In this document: positions 1-14,169 of the stretch, piece after piece
How the letters are laid out: every line of letters starts with the position of its first letter
Numbering within the stretch: the stretch's first letter is position 1
Source: Camelus ferus
Lineage: Eukaryota
Direction: 5' to 3'
NCBI RefSeq assembly: GCF_009834535.1
Contig: NC_045697.1
Coordinates: forward strand, 53,012,001-53,076,000
Length of the DNA stretch: 64,000 nt
Notes under the pieces: generated by a model
What the model saw: only the letters and a program-made list of their open reading frames with translations
What the model was told of the DNA's origin: nothing
The model's database searches: none
Made by a program: the position numbers and the translations under genes

Positions 1-99
1 TGAGAACAGAAATCATCCCTTCTCCTATGCTGCATCCTTTGGTTCTGTGCACATTATCATAGGTAATACTTGGATAGTATTTCCTGTGGGAAGGCATTA

Positions 100-290
100 T
101 TTTAGTGTTTTACAATGTATTAATTTATTTAATCCTCACAAGAACTTTATGAAGAAGACACCAGTCTCCCCTTTCTACACATGATGAAACTGATCTATAG
201 AGAGGTGAAGTAAATTGCCTGAAGTGACAATCAAGTAAGTGGTGGAACCAGAATTTAGATACAGGCATGTTGCTCTTATGCACTATGCCA
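100..290 (-). mobile_element. MIR SINE fragment
   Basis: Reverse-complement MIR core (aatcctcacaa...gatgaaactga...agaggtgaagtaaattgcc...gtggtggaaccagaattt). Confidence 0.75.
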
Positions 291-518
291 AAATAAATCA
301 GTCATCCAATGGCAGACGACACTGACCAGATAGAGAGAAGTACAGCATAACACACCTGTCTGTAGGGAATTTATCAGCTACTTACTCAAAGGAGAGACAT
401 ACCTCCAGATAGCTAGTGAAACATACAACAAAACAACAATGATTTAACTGAAAAGCACATACAATATCAAAATGCATAATCCCACAGGGATTAACTGCTA
501 AAATAAGTAAACTATAGA

Positions 519-780
519 ACAGGGATTCTCATCCAGGGATGATTTTATGCCCCTCAGCACCCCAGGGAACATTAAAAAACGTCTAAGTGATATGGGGTAT
601 CTCTGATTGTCACAATTTCAGAGTGGGGAATGGAGGAGGAAGGATTTGCTATTACCATCTAGTGAGTAGAGGCCAGAGATGCTGCTAAATATTCTACAAT
701 GCACAGGATAGGCCTCTCCCCTTTCATCAAAAAAATTATCCAGCTCCAGAAGCCAATAGTGGCAAGGTTGGGAAACTGCA
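519..780 (-). mobile_element. MER20-like hAT-Charlie DNA transposon
   Basis: catctagtgagtagaggccagagatgctgctaaatattctacaatgcacagga motif. Confidence 0.75.
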
Positions 781-1389
781 GTAGAAGAATGCTATAAAAT
801 TTCTGAGGTTGAAGAAATACTTTGGGGCTTTGGAGTCAGGTATGAGGACAATAGGTTTATGCTGAGCCCTTAAAGAAGGATGAGATTTTACAAGATGCTG
901 GTGACTGAGTGGACTGATAATTATTAAGTTTTCTAGGAAAAGAATTTGATAGAGTGTCATGCATTAAGCTTTAGGGGAAGGGAAAAGGACAGAGAGTATG
1001 ATCATGTCAGGGAAGGCCAATTTTTAAAGCTGATTTTGTGTTAGAATAAGAAAAGCAATAATAAAGGTTTCATGGATCTTATACTAAAGTATATGATATT
1101 AATAGCATATTTTTAGCGATCACTTACCATGCACCAGATGCTGTGCTAAATAGTCCTTCATTCATCTTCATGAACCACCTCATGAGATAAGTACTATGAA
1201 AACTGAGCTTTAGAAAGGGTACTATGTCCTTCAGAGTTAATAAATAGCACAGCTGGGAGTTAATCTCCAAAGACCATACTTTTTTTTGTGCAAGTTTTTC
1301 TTTTATTTCATTATTTCAGAGGATTATATTTCTTATAAGAATGATGTATGCAATTATTTATAAGAATTTCCTATCTTTGAACTCGAATT

Positions 1390-2710
1390 TATTTTTTTGA
1401 ACAATATAACATTTTTTATTGATTTATAATCATTTTACAATGTTGTGTCAAATTCCATTGTAGAGCACAATTTTTCAGTTATACATGAACATATATATAT
1501 TCATTGTCACATTTTTTTCTCTGTGAGCTACTATGAGATCTTGTATATATTTCCCTGTGCTATACGGTATAATCTTGTTTATCTATTCTACAATTTTGAA
1601 ATCGCAGTCTATCCCTTCCCAACCCCTGCCCCCTTGGCAACCACAAGTTTGTATTCTATGTCTATGAGTCTATTTCTGTTTTGTATTTATGCTTTTTTTT
1701 TTTTTTTTTTTAGATTCCACATATGAGTGATCTCATATGGTATTTTTCTTTCTCTTTCTGGCTTACTTCACTTAGAATGACATTCTCCAGGAGCATCCAT
1801 GTTGCTGCAAATAGCATTATGTTGGTTTTTATGGCTGAATAGTATTCCATTGTATAAATATACCACATCTTCTTTATCCAGTCATCCGTTGATGGACATT
1901 TAGGCTGTTTCCATGTCTTGGCTATTGTAAATAGTGCTGCTATGAACATTGGGGTGCAGATGTCATTTTGAAGTAGGGTTCCTTCTGGATATATGCCCAG
2001 GAGTGGGATTCCTGGGTCATATGGTAAGTCTATTCCTAGTCTTTTGAGGAATCTCCTACTGTTTTCCATAATAGCTGCACCAAACTACATTCCCTTTTTT
2101 CCACACCCTCTCGAGCATTTATCGTTTGTGGACTTTTTAACCATGGCCGTTCTGGCTGGTGTGAGGTGATATCTCATGGTAGTTTTTATTTGCATTTCTC
2201 TGATAATTAGTGATATTTGGCATTTTTTCATGTGCCTATTGGCCTTGTATGTATTCATTGGAGTATTGCTTGTTTAGATATGCCTAGTTTTGGATTGGGT
2301 TGTTTGTTTTTTTGTTATTAAGTTGTATGAGCCATTTATATATTCTGGAAATTAAGCCCTTGTCAGTCTCATCTTTTGCAAATGTTTTCTCCCATTTTGT
2401 ACATTGTCTTTTTGTTTTGCTTATGGTTTCCTTTGCTGTGCAAAAGCTTATAAGTTTAATTAGGTCCCATTTGTTTATTTTTGCTTTTATTTCAATTGCC
2501 TGGGTAGACTGTCTTAGGAGAATACTGCTAAGATTTATATCAGATAATACTTTGCCTATGTTTTCTTCTAAGAGGTTTATACTGTCTTGTCTTATGTTTA
2601 AGTCTTAGTCATTTTGAGTTTATTTTTGCATATAGTGTGAAGGAGTGTTCTCACTTTACTGATTTACATGCAGCTGTGCAGTTTTCTCAATACCACTTGC
2701 TGAAGAGACA
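1390..2710 (-). mobile_element. 5'-truncated L1 (ORF2 C-terminus plus 3'UTR)
   Basis: ORF 1710..2069 encodes CTPMFIAALFTIAKTWKQPKCPS...WYIYTMEYYSAIK, the L1 ORF2 C-terminus. Confidence 0.93.
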
Positions 2711-2909
2711 CTGAACTTTAATATTAAAGGTCAAAGACCATCATATTAAATTTAATGATGGTAAAGAGACACTCAAACTCCTTTTACTCAAAAATGTTAT
2801 AGTCTAGTTGAAGAAACCATATGTGACATTGATACATGAGCTGACATGAGCCTTATTATGAAAAATCTTACTATGTTAAAGATAGGATACAAAGTGCTAA
2901 GTTGCTAAG

Positions 2910-3090
2910 AATGTGGGCTTTGAAGTCAAAGTGATCAGGTGTGTCCTGGGCAAGTTACTTCACCATTCTGTGCCTCAGTTTTCTGATCTGTAATAGAGTA
3001 TAAATAAAGTACTACATCAAGTAAATGAAATAGTGTACTAAGATGATTAGAACAGTGTTTGTACATTGCAAGCATGCAATTAATGCAAAT
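2910..3090 (+). mobile_element. MIR fragment
   Basis: gtgtcctgggcaagttacttcacc...tgcctcagttttctgatctgtaa core. Confidence 0.75.
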
Positions 3091-3609
3091 TATTATTTAT
3101 TTAGGGTAAATGCTAAAGGGATGTCAAATAAGGGGGTTAGTAGAATAGGAGGCTTAATCATAGAAGCATTCTTGCAGAAAGTGAGTTTTAAAAGTAAAAT
3201 TGCTGGTAAAGAATATAGGATATAAGGTGAAAGGCCCTTCTATGTTGAAGGAAAAACCTATGAAAAGAAAGGAACTGGTTGCATGATGGTGAAAGAAAAG
3301 CAGACTGGCTGAGGTTAAACGATAGTAGGGAACCTAGTGAAGAAAATGTATCCAGTTGGTAGAATGTGATGTGATCATGATGCCAAACTGAAACTCAGTT
3401 TTTCCTTTTAGAGGGTAGGTATGGTGGTAATAACTGTCTAGAACAGTGAAGCAATTAGTTTCTCTTCTGTTTTTGCATGTAAGTTACATATAGCTAAAGG
3501 ATGGTACCAGGAAAACAAAATTTTGTCCCAGTTTTTAAATTTTTTGGTTCTCCATGATGTAAAAATCTGATTATTTGGATATATTAAAACATTTAATATA
3601 CATAAAAAT

Positions 3610-3820
3610 AATAGTGTATATTTATTGTCTTTTCTGTGTTCTAGGTCCTGGACATTTATTGCATTTTATCTGTACAACAACTCTTTCAGGCAGGTACTAT
3701 TGTTATTGTCAGTTTTACAGATGAAGAAACTGAGTTGAGTTGGGTTAAGTAATTTGCCCAAAGTCACATAGGTAGACAGTGGTGCTCTGGATTCAACCCA
3801 GATCTGTCTGACACTGGGAT
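3610..3820 (-). mobile_element. MIR fragment
   Basis: ttttacagatgaagaaactgag...gttaagtaatttgcccaaagtcaca core. Confidence 0.75.
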
Positions 3821-4328
3821 CAAATTGCACCAAAAGATCAAAAATTTCTCAATGGAAAGGAGCTGAATGTTAAAAAGGAATTATTAATTGGATTTGAATT
3901 TTATTGCAGCTTAAATGAGTGGTTGAAATTGCTCCCTTATGCATTCAACAACTGAGCATCTAATGTGTACCAGGCATTGCTCTAGACATGAGATATGAAA
4001 GTGAACAAAACAAGACAAAACCCCCTCAAATAGCTCACCTACTAGTGGGGGAAACAGTCAATTAACAAGGTTAGTATGTTAAATACATGGTATGATAAGT
4101 GCCAAGGAGAAAAAATTGAGCAGGAAGAAAGCATAGGAATTGTTATGAATGTGTTTTGAAATTTTGGATAGGGTGGCCATGGAAGGTCTCAGTATAAAGA
4201 AGTCATCTGGGAAGGAAGTGAGGGAAGACATTCTGGCTGGGTTCTACAGCCTCAAGGGGGCCAAAAGTGGAAGCATAGTACAGGTTAGGAGAGATTGCAA
4301 TAATCCAGGTGAGAGACGATGGTGGCTT

Positions 4329-4572
4329 GGGATACAGCAAAAGCAATCCTAAGAGAGAAGTTCATAGTAATACAGACCTTCCTCAAAAAACAAGAACAAT
4401 CCCAAATAGACAACCTAACCTACCACCTAAAAGAATTAGAAAAAGATGAACAAACAAAGCCTAAAGTCAGCAGAAGGAAAGAAAGAATAAAGATCATAGA
4501 GGAAATAAATAAAATAGAGATAAAAAAATAATAGAAAAAATCAAACAAACCAAGAGCTGGTTTTTTGAAAGG
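4329..4572 (+). mobile_element. Internal L1 ORF2 fragment
   Basis: WDTAKAILREKFI...NLTYHLKELEK...PKVSRRKERIKI matches L1 ORF2 just after the endonuclease domain. Confidence 0.85.
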
Positions 4573-4665
4573 GAGGTCAAGATACTTGCTAAAGATATAT
4601 GTCTGATAAGTATATCAGAATTTAAATTCAGATCAGTATGACTCCAAAATCCATACATGTTGTTT

Positions 4666-5114
4666 TTTTGTTTTTGTTTTTTTTTATTTTTAGTTTTTAA
4701 TTTAAGTATAATTGATTTATAATATTATATTAAGTATACAACATCGTGATTCAGTGTTTTTACAGATTATACTCTATTAAAAGTTATTACAAGATAATGG
4801 CTATAATCTCTTGTGCTATACAATATATTCTTGTTGCTTATCTATTTTATACATAGTAGTTTGTATCTCTTAATCCCCTATCCCTAATTTGCTCCCCACT
4901 TCTCCCCTTCGGTAACCATTAGTTTGTTTTCTCTATCTGTGAGTTTATTTCTATTTTGCTATACATTTATTTGTACTATTTAGATTCTACATATAAGTGA
5001 TATCATACAGTATTTGTCTTTGTCTAACTTTTTTCACTAAGCATAACATTCTCTAGGTCCATCCATGTTGCTGCAAATGGCAGAATTTTATTCTCTTTAT
5101 GGCTGAATAATATT

Positions 5115-5150
<36 letters not shown>

Positions 5151-5688
5151 CACACACACATCACATGATCTTTATCCATTGGTCTGTTGATGAGCACTTG
5201 GGTTGCTTCTATATCCTGGCTATTGTAAATAATGCTGCTGTGAACACCAGGTGCATGTATCTTTTTGAATCAGTGTTTGCATTTTTTTCCCAGGTATATG
5301 CCCAGCAGTGAAATTGCTACATCACATGGTAGTTATATTTTTAGTTTTTTAAGGAAACTTTATACTGTTTTCTGTAGTGGATACACCAATTTACATTCCC
5401 ACCAACAGTGTAAAAGGTTACCCGTTGTCTACATCATCTTCAGCATTTGTTATTTGTAGACTTTTTGATGATAGCCATTCTGACAGGTGTGAGGTGATAG
5501 CTAATTGTAGTTTTGATTTGCATTTTTTTGATAATTAAGGATGTTGAGCATCTTTTCATGTACCTACTATTTGTCTCTATGCCTTCTTTGGAAAAATATC
5601 TATTCAGCTCTTCTACCTATTTTTTGATTGGGTTGTTTGTTTTTTTGATATTGATTTGATACTGAGTTGTATGAGCTGTTTATGTACG
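4666..5688 (-). mobile_element. 5'-truncated L1 with internal (TG)n
   Basis: L1 3' end reverse complement; TSD tacatg(t/c)tgttt at 4654-4665 / 5689-5700; (TG)15 at 5117-5146. Confidence 0.9.
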
Positions 5689-7889
5689 TACATGCTGTTT
5701 ACTCTACATCACACTGTCCTTAAGTAGGAAACTGGACCTGAATGGATTATATTAATCAGCATTATTTACTTTAAGATTTGAAGTGCTCTGAATATGTTGC
5801 ATATTAATTCATAACATTATTTCACAGCATTAATTCATACTGGTTGTTAAAAATGAAAGGAAGCCCAGACACTTGACTCAATTATTTCGTTTTGGTCACG
5901 GGCTCTTGTATGTTAAAAACAACATAAAATAAATAAGACAACTTTCTACCTAAAGCCTGGTGTTACAAGTTATGGTATAAGTGCTCTGCAAGTATGCATG
6001 TTCTGCTACTATTCTGCTTTTTTAGATAATATCTCCTTGCTCATATCTTAGCTAAATTTTGTCATTTGTACCAATCCTTAAAAGGCAAAGAAACTTACTG
6101 ATTTGTTTTGGAAGAGCCGGTCAGAACCGGCTGTCTCTGATTAAAAGGCCTAAACCAACTTGGAAAAAAAATCACATTATTTTCAATCCACATTTTTGAA
6201 TGATAGGCAATGTCTGAAAGTTATCTATGGGGGTAATTACCAGGGAAAATATAGGCTAGAAAAATAAGAAATGGGTAGGCTGTCTTTGGCCCAAAAACCA
6301 AAGAAATGAATCAACAGAAAAGTAAACCAGTAGAGACAGCATACCTTAAATTATAGAATTTTCATGATTTATTTAAGAAACCAGTTAAAACTGGAGAAGC
6401 ATTTAAAAAAGTATGATTAAAATTTTTTTGTGAGATAAATATATATTAAAGAATTAGAAAATGTAAATTTGCCAAGCAGTTTCATTTCTCCAGATGATTC
6501 CTATAGATCTGTAATTGCTAATGATGATTGTAAATGATATAAGACAATAATAGTGAGTATTAATGAGCTCTTATAATGTACCAGGCATATAGTAAGCACT
6601 CGACATGCATTATGCCATGTAAAGCTCAAGTTTCAGCAAACTGTGTTTCTGAATGGTAACTATGAGCAATGTTGGGGTGTAACTGTCCCCCTGAACAGGG
6701 AAAGCATCCCTCCTTATTTTTCTTACACCTGCCTGACTTCACTTATATATGTTACCTGCCTTACCTGGGTGGGCATTTTGGCTTGTGATTCCTGCTTTAA
6801 ATCTTAAGTGCTTTTCACTACAGCATGCAGGATGACTTTGGCTAAATTGACTTTCTACTCTCTCACTGAGCTTACATTGTAATGTGGCGTGCACTGTTAT
6901 AAGTTGTAAGAACAAAATAGGCTTCTTAATTAAGAAAAGTGAAATAGGAACAGATGCATTTTCAGGCCTCACGGAGTTAGGATGTCATCCAGTATCTTGA
7001 GATTGCTCTGGTATCTGCCAGCACCTTCACAGGTCAGCAGGCATTGAAGCTTTTCCTCTAGTGGCTGTGCCTTCTTGCAGAGACAAAGCTAATGTCTGTG
7101 CTGCTTTGCATGACCTGGCTGTTACTAACTGCCTCTTCCTAAGTCTCCAGTTTAAATTTTCTGAGAGGACCTGACTGATTTAACTAAGCACCATTCCATA
7201 GAGGAGATCTGGATTGGGCAGAACTTTTGGGGTCAGGGAACCTGATAGACTGTTGGCCAGAAAAAGTACCCATCCCTAGTCCAATCTGTTGTGTCCAGTG
7301 AGGGAGGGTGAATGTTACAAAGCATGATTAAGGAAACTTTTAGAAGAGGATGTGGGTCTGGTAGGCATTTTGAAGCTCCCAGAAGGGGTTATGACTGTCA
7401 GATACCTTTCTTGGCCTGTTCAGTATAAGCTTCCTGACATAACGGTTATATTTTTTAAAAAGTTAAAATCAGACTACTCTTATTAATTTATATTAAGCAG
7501 CAGAGGTCGCCTCTTGTCAGATTATCTCCCTATAGAAAGACCTACATCAAAAGCTAAATCATAATCACCTAATTATTTATAAATATAGATGTTAAGTGGC
7601 AAAAGACTAAGTTAGTTTGACATATAGAGCTAACAAGAGGGATGGATTTGCCACTGGCCCTGGAATACATGAAGCTGCTTAGCCACAACTTTCTGCATCT
7701 TCCCCACTTTAGAGATGACCTTACAGATGATTTGTTACTCTGAAGATCACTGGAAAGAGCTCCTTCAGTAGGTGATGTATGGCTAGACACGACCAGTGTT
7801 TCTGACTTGCCTTTTTCTAAGGATGATATTTAATTTTAACTTTTAGCTGAAGGATTGTTAATTTTTTCAAAATGAGAATACTTAATATT

Positions 7890-8112
7890 AATTTTATTTA
7901 AAAAATTTAGAATTGCAATATAGTTGATGTACAATCCTATATATAAGGTATAGGTGTACAACATAGTGACTCACAGTTTTTAAAGGTTATACTCCATTTA
8001 TAGTTATTATAAAATATTGGCTGTATTCCCTGTGTAGGACAGTACATTCTTTTTTATTTATTTATTTATTTTAATTGAAGTATAGTCAGTTTACAAGGTA
8101 TCAATTTCTAGT
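7890..8112 (-). mobile_element. Two short adjacent L1 3'-tip insertions
   Basis: gttatactccatttatagttattataaaatattggct and ttaattgaagtatagtcagtttacaa are reverse-complement L1 3' ends. Confidence 0.7.
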
Positions 8113-8239
8113 ATACTAGCATTCTAAGGTCTGCCAGGAATAGTGTGCTCAATGTGGAGTTTCTGGAGTATATGGAGCAGAATTTGTCTTTGAAGAGAGA
8201 CCTATTAACATTTCCTCACCCACATCCAGTCCACAGGAC

Positions 8240-8700
8240 TACACATTCTCAAAGTGTGGTCTGGGGACACCCAGAGGTTCTGAGATCCCTTTTTGGTCCT
8301 GGAATTCAAAACTATCTTTTATAACAGTACCAGGATGTTATTTGCTCTTTTCAATCTCATTCTTTTATCTCACAAGTGCATCGTGGAGTATTCCAGAGGC
8401 TACATGACATATGATATAGAGTGAATACAGAAGTAGACAGGAGAATCCAGTTATTATCTATGAAGCCAGACATTAAAGAGATTCACAAAGTGTCATTATT
8501 CTTACTAAAATTTTTGTTTTGAGAAATAGTTATTTTTCATATAAAAATTTTATTTATGCTAACATGTAATTGGTTTATTGCTGTTATTTCAAAATAGTTG
8601 ATAAAGGTAAAAAATGTTCTCTATTTTAGTCCACAAAGCCTTTTGGGGGTCTTCATTAATTTTTAAGAGTATAAATGGATCCCGACCCTGAAAAGATCTC
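8240..8700. mobile_element. hAT-Charlie-like DNA transposon remnant
   Basis: Starts ttctcaaagtgtggtc; internal ccagaggctacatgac...aagccagacattaaagagatt recalled from Charlie elements. Confidence 0.6.
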
Positions 8701-11700
8701 TACTATAGATTTTTTTCTACCATTACTATAATGCCAAAATTGAAAAGAGGATGTGATTACTATATGTGATTCTAATTCTGTAAAATTATAGACACATCAA
8801 TACACAGGGAAAAGATTGGAAAGAAATAAATAGAAACAGGATCATCTTTGATAGGATAGTGGTTAATTTAAATTTTGAAAATATCCTTTTCAAAATTTCT
8901 AAAATGAATTTGAATTTTTTTATTAGTAAAATAAAATGATACTTTAGATATCATTTAAAATATAGTGCGTGCTGATTCTGTGGTAATGCATATGTGGTAA
9001 AGAGAACCAGAATAAACTCATTTAGACATTTAGGGTTATTTCCAAGTCTACAAAATTTAGTACTACAAAAGCTCTACAAAATACAATTCCTCACACTTTT
9101 CAAAGAGGATAAAGTATTTCTAACCTCTAGATGGGCTTCATCTTTTTTTTTTTAAACCTCTATTTTCTTTCAGATCTCTTTGAAAGAATTACATTGCGAG
9201 AAAATTCCTGCAGGAGAGAGGATTGAAAATGAGACATGAAGTTACAACAAAATGGTAATGTCAATTTGAAGGTAAAATTCTTGGAACAGAGAAATTCCAG
9301 GATTTTCTCTGTTTCAGTGACTTTAATTACATTCATTCTTATTAAATTATACTTCCACATAATCTACAGTTACATCGGAATCCTCCTCATAAATTTAATT
9401 AATGCATCCATCTGGTCATTAGTGAACATTCACTGGATGATTTCTCTGAACTAGTCAGTGGGCTCTGGTGTTGAGATTACAGGGGTGAATAATCATGTTC
9501 CCTTTCCTCTCTAACAGTCTGTGAGATAGTCACACATATAAAGAAACTAATTAAAGTTTGGTCTGACAAGTAGGATGTGCCAAGAACTGTGCCACCATGT
9601 AAAGTTTAGAAGTTGATTTATTTACTCAGACAGAATTTACTGAGGTCTAACTTTGTGCAAAGTACAGTGTTAAAGGATTTAGGGGGCCTGGCAAATAATT
9701 TTGCTTTCTAGACGCTTAGAGTCCTGCTGAGGAGATAATGGTGCTCACACACTTACGATCAGCAGTGGTAGCTCAAGGCAGTATGAGATTAAATTCCAAC
9801 CACATAAAGTAAATAGGGCCATAGCATTTCAGAGAAGAGACCTTTAAAGGCAGAAGCAGTTTCAAAAATCTAATTGCAAAGCCCCCTGAATGAGCCTTGA
9901 AGAACTGTAGAGCCACAGGGCTGAGAGCAGGGACGTGGTGTCTGAGTGTGGAGGTGGCAAATAGTGTACCTTTTTTGTACTCCTCAGACCTGAAACCCTC
10001 TTTTTATATAAATACTTCCTTTCCTGAAATTAAATTCATTCTGTAACCTCCATGTGCACATAATTTAAAAACTGCATTAAATATAAGTATAAAATCCTTA
10101 CTATAATTTAAAGGAGAAAGAAAAGTATAATAAGAAGTGTGCACTTCGGTGTAAAGCGCTTGAGCACAACTACACAAGAAGCCAAAATGAAGTGGTCAGA
10201 TGTCTGTACGTACTTGTAATGACTAAAAATTTGGAAGAAGTAAAATTAAAAGCCATGCTGAACAAGAAGGAAAATGAGAGAGTAGAGGTGCAGTAGACAC
10301 CACAATAAAAACTACCGTTAGGTTAAGTAATGACAGACTAACCTGTCTACATCTGGTAAGAGAAAGTGGGAAATAACCTTAACAGCAGTAGGGACAACAT
10401 GTCAAGACAAATTACAGATTGTTGAAGTGAGAAAATGAGGAAGTATGATATTCTTGCAAATGAGCTGGCCTTATTTACAAGTGTGTGTCAAAATAATTCC
10501 CTCTGTTGCATGGGACAGACGAGAATAGTTTAATAAACAAAATCTATCTTGAAACCACATGTTGAGGTATAGATTCTGTCTTGAATATCCAAAGGGACCA
10601 CAGAGACCATACAGTTTGATTGTCAACAGGAGACTAGAGATCTACTGAAAAAAGAAATAACAATTCAAGGGATAAAAGAGAAGTTTTGTAGCAGAGCTCT
10701 GGGAACCATAAAGTTGAAAAGAACAGTGGGCAATTTCAAGAAATTTCAGGCTGTGATTTTCATAATGTACATGATTAGAAAACATTATGCTCCCAAATTA
10801 AAAAATAGAATTCTTAATAAAATGTGGTGACATCTGTGCATTTCATGTATGTCAACTAATATTAATGGTATCTCAAATCTTCTCTATATAATATTGGCAA
10901 GTATCAGCTACCAAGGCAGATGGTACAAATGTGGCCATTAGCTCAAATGCCATGAATAGTGCTTGCCTTTAGGGACATGATTTTCCACAATGGTTAACTA
11001 CTCTTGGAAAAGTTTGAACAGAAACCAAGTATTCTCTCTCCACGATTAAAAGGAAGGTACGGGCCTAAAATATTCTGTGTATACTAACATTCAAAAAGAG
11101 TTAGATCCTAGGCTCAGATAAACAAATTGTTTTATTTACCTCCATGAAAACCTGGTGGACACTTGAAAGGCATGCAGGATGTGAACTACATCTTTCTCGT
11201 TTGGCACTTCCCCATATATTGTAGAACACTGAGCAGCACTGGCACTTGCCACTGCACATCAGTAGCAGCTTCAAGCATTGTGACAGCCAAAAATGCCTGC
11301 AAAAATTGCCAAAATACCCCTAAAGTGTTGTCCCATCTGCATTACAAGGTCCCGTTACTATACAGCAATGAGAAGGACTTTCAAATCAAGGCTGCAGATT
11401 TTATTCACAAAGACTTGAGAAGTTATTGGAGCGTTCTAATGTCTTAACTTACTCTAAAATTCAGCTCTGTAGCTTTTCATGTTTCTGTAATTTTTATACT
11501 ATCACGACTCAAAAGAATCAAACTCCTTGCGTAAAAAAAAAAGTGAGTTTGCAAGTTGTATCAATTCACTAGTGGATGTTTAAGCAGAGTTCAAATCCCA
11601 GCTGTCTGCCATAGCCCTTTGTGGTTAAAACATTGGTCATGGGGAACGTTCATTTCAGGGATGTCATTCCTGGAATGTCGTGTCTGCTTACCACATCAAA

Positions 11701-12069
11701 TAAGTAACTACTGGTTATGTAATGAAGGGGATAAGAATAGTGTATCTCCAGAATTTTTGTTTTGGAAATTTTACAGCCTTGCAACAATGCAAATCTTTAA
11801 ATCATGTCTAAGTGAGGAAAGAACATACTTGATTTTTCTTGGGGCAGCTGACCAAATTTTTACTCAAGACTTCACGTGGTTTTGGGTCACTTTCTCTGTT
11901 AGCGTCTAGGTCTCTTACTTTATGCTGACTGCCTTAGTTTAGCATTATACTGCAAGCATTTTCCAATGTTACATTTTTTAACACATAATATTTCATTAAC
12001 TATCCATATAATTACAATTTTATCTACTTAATAAAATTTTTCATTTTCCTTTAATTGAAAATACTCACC

Positions 12070-12185
12070 ACTGGGCCCCACTCTCAGAGATTTTGAATTG
12101 CTCTGGAATGGAATCTGGACATAGATATTTTGTAAAGTTTGCCAGGAAATTTTAACGTACAGCCAGGACTGGGAAGCACTGCTCT
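12070..12185. mobile_element. MER5-like DNA transposon fragment
   Basis: tgggccccactctcagagatt...cagccaggactgggaagcactg. Confidence 0.6.
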
Positions 12186-12264
12186 AAGTTACACAGCCAA
12201 ACTACTTTCCCTAAGGTTGTATTGACTTATAGCAGAATCAGTTACATACAGCACACAGCCTTTT

Positions 12265-12752
12265 CTTTTTTTTAATTGTAGTTGATTTATAATGTTGTAT
12301 TAATTTCTGGTGTACAGCATAATGATTCATTTATACCTATATATTCCTTTTCATATTCTTTTTTATTATGGGTTATTACAAGGTATTGAATATAGTTCTC
12401 TGTGCTGTACAGTAACACCTTGCTTTGTTTATCTATTTTATATATAGTAGTTAGTATCTATGAATCCTGAGCTCCCAGTTTATCCCTCTCCACACCGCCT
12501 TTCCCCCTGGTAACCATAAGTTTGTCTGTGTCTGTGAGTCTGTCTCTGTTTTGTAAATAAGTTCATTTGTGTACTTTTTTTTTTTAGAGTCCACATGTAA
12601 GTGATATCATATTGTATTTTTCTTTCTTTTTTTCTGGCTTGGTATGGTGATCTCTAGCTCCATCCATGTTGCTGCAAATGGCATTATTTTACTCTTTTTT
12701 ATAGCTGAGTAGTATTCAGTAGTATTTTAGTATATATATATATAAAACAGAA

Positions 12753-12787
<35 letters not shown>

Positions 12788-13070
12788 CACAACTTCTTTA
12801 TCCAGTCATCTGTCATTGGACATTTAGGTTACTTCCATGTCTTGGCTATTGTAAATAGTGTTGCTATGAACATAGGGGTATCTTTTTGAATTAGAGTTCC
12901 CTCTGGATATATGTCCAAGAGTGGGATTGCTGGATCATAGAGTAAGTCTATTTTCAGTTTTTAAAGGAATCTCCATACCATTTTGCATAATTGCTGCACC
13001 AAACTGCATTCCCACCAGCAGTGCAGGAGGATTCCCTTTTCTCCACAGCCTCTCCAGCATTTATCATTTG
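12265..13070 (-). mobile_element. 5'-truncated L1 with (TCTG)n(TCTA)n
   Basis: L1 3' end; degenerate TSD cagc(a/t)cacagc(c/t)tttt at 12249-12264 / 13071-13086. Confidence 0.9.
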
Positions 13071-13114
13071 CAGCTCACAGCTTTTTTCACCATCACTCAT
13101 CATTATGGTTACAG

Positions 13115-13278
13115 TTTGTCTGAGTGTTTAAAGTGTGATCCTTAGATTTAGCAACATTGGCATCGCTTGGAGAAATGCAGAATCTCTGGTCCTTTCTTTG
13201 CTTCATTTAATCAGGATCTAGTTTTGACAAGGTCCTCTGGTGATTTGAACACACATTAAAGTTTGAGAAGCACTGATG
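13115..13278. mobile_element. MER5-like DNA transposon
   Basis: agaaatgcagaatctc...cacattaaagtttgagaagcactg. Confidence 0.65.
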
Positions 13279-13350
13279 TAAGATGCCTTAATTTTGATAA
13301 AGCAAAAATGATATCTTGTTTTTATTTGAACTTGCAGAAGTTTAACTTTT

Positions 13351-13475
13351 TAAATTTTTAAAAAATTTTTATACAGTTTTTAAAGGTTACTTTCCATTTA
13401 GTTATTACAAAACTATTGGTATATTTCTCATGTTGTGTAATACATCCTTGAACCTACCTTACACCCAATAGTTTA
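13351..13475 (-). mobile_element. Short L1 3'-tip insertion
   Basis: TSD gcagaa(g/a)tt(t/c)aactttt at 13334-13350 / 13476-13492. Confidence 0.75.
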
Positions 13476-14169
13476 GCAGAAATTCAACTTTTGAAGTTAA
13501 ACTTTCCCTTTCATATGCTTATTGTGCATTTTGGCTCTTCTGTTTGAATTGTTCATTTCCGGCCTTTGCCTAGTTTAAAATTAGGGTGATTTTCTTAGAT
13601 GTCTGAAGATATGAAAAAACAAATGGGCTTAAAAAGGAACATGAATGAACTATGAAATAGTGATCTATTGACACTGGAAGCAAATGATACAAAAGAGAGG
13701 TGGGGAGAAGGTTCTGAACAAAGAAGGGATATTTAAATTGATCTTTACTTAGTGCTCTTAGCATTTATATCTCTATTCTTAGCATTTATCAAATACTCAG
13801 TCATCCATTCATTCAATACATTTTCTGATTGTCTCTATATAGTGTACTGTACCTGGCTCTAAGGAAGGCTGCTTGCTCATCTTGAGGCCTTACAATCTAT
13901 TCGGTATGGTTACATGTACACAAAGTTAACTGATGATAAAAAGTTTTGTTGGTTATGGTTCCATGAGTGCTAACTGTATGGCTCAGGTGTTGAGTTCATC
14001 TAGGCATTAGGTGATGAGTAGTGGAAGGAATGAAACTCACATCCATTGAATTACCATGTATGTGTCCCATCTTATTCAGTTTCCATGATAGCTCCAAGGT
14101 CATCAGGATATTTGGATCATAAACCATGTGAAGAGTAGGACAGTGATTACTTTGGTGACAAATCAAAGT

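Noticed and set aside
1445..2608. Hydrophobic plus-strand ORFs (also 20222-21208, 51729-52067, 58518-60199)
   Set aside because: Antisense L1 sequence gives spurious F/L/I-rich ORFs.
9960..11345. Possible old hAT-type DNA transposon
   Set aside because: The right end resembles MER20-like sequence, but boundaries and family could not be supported by eye.
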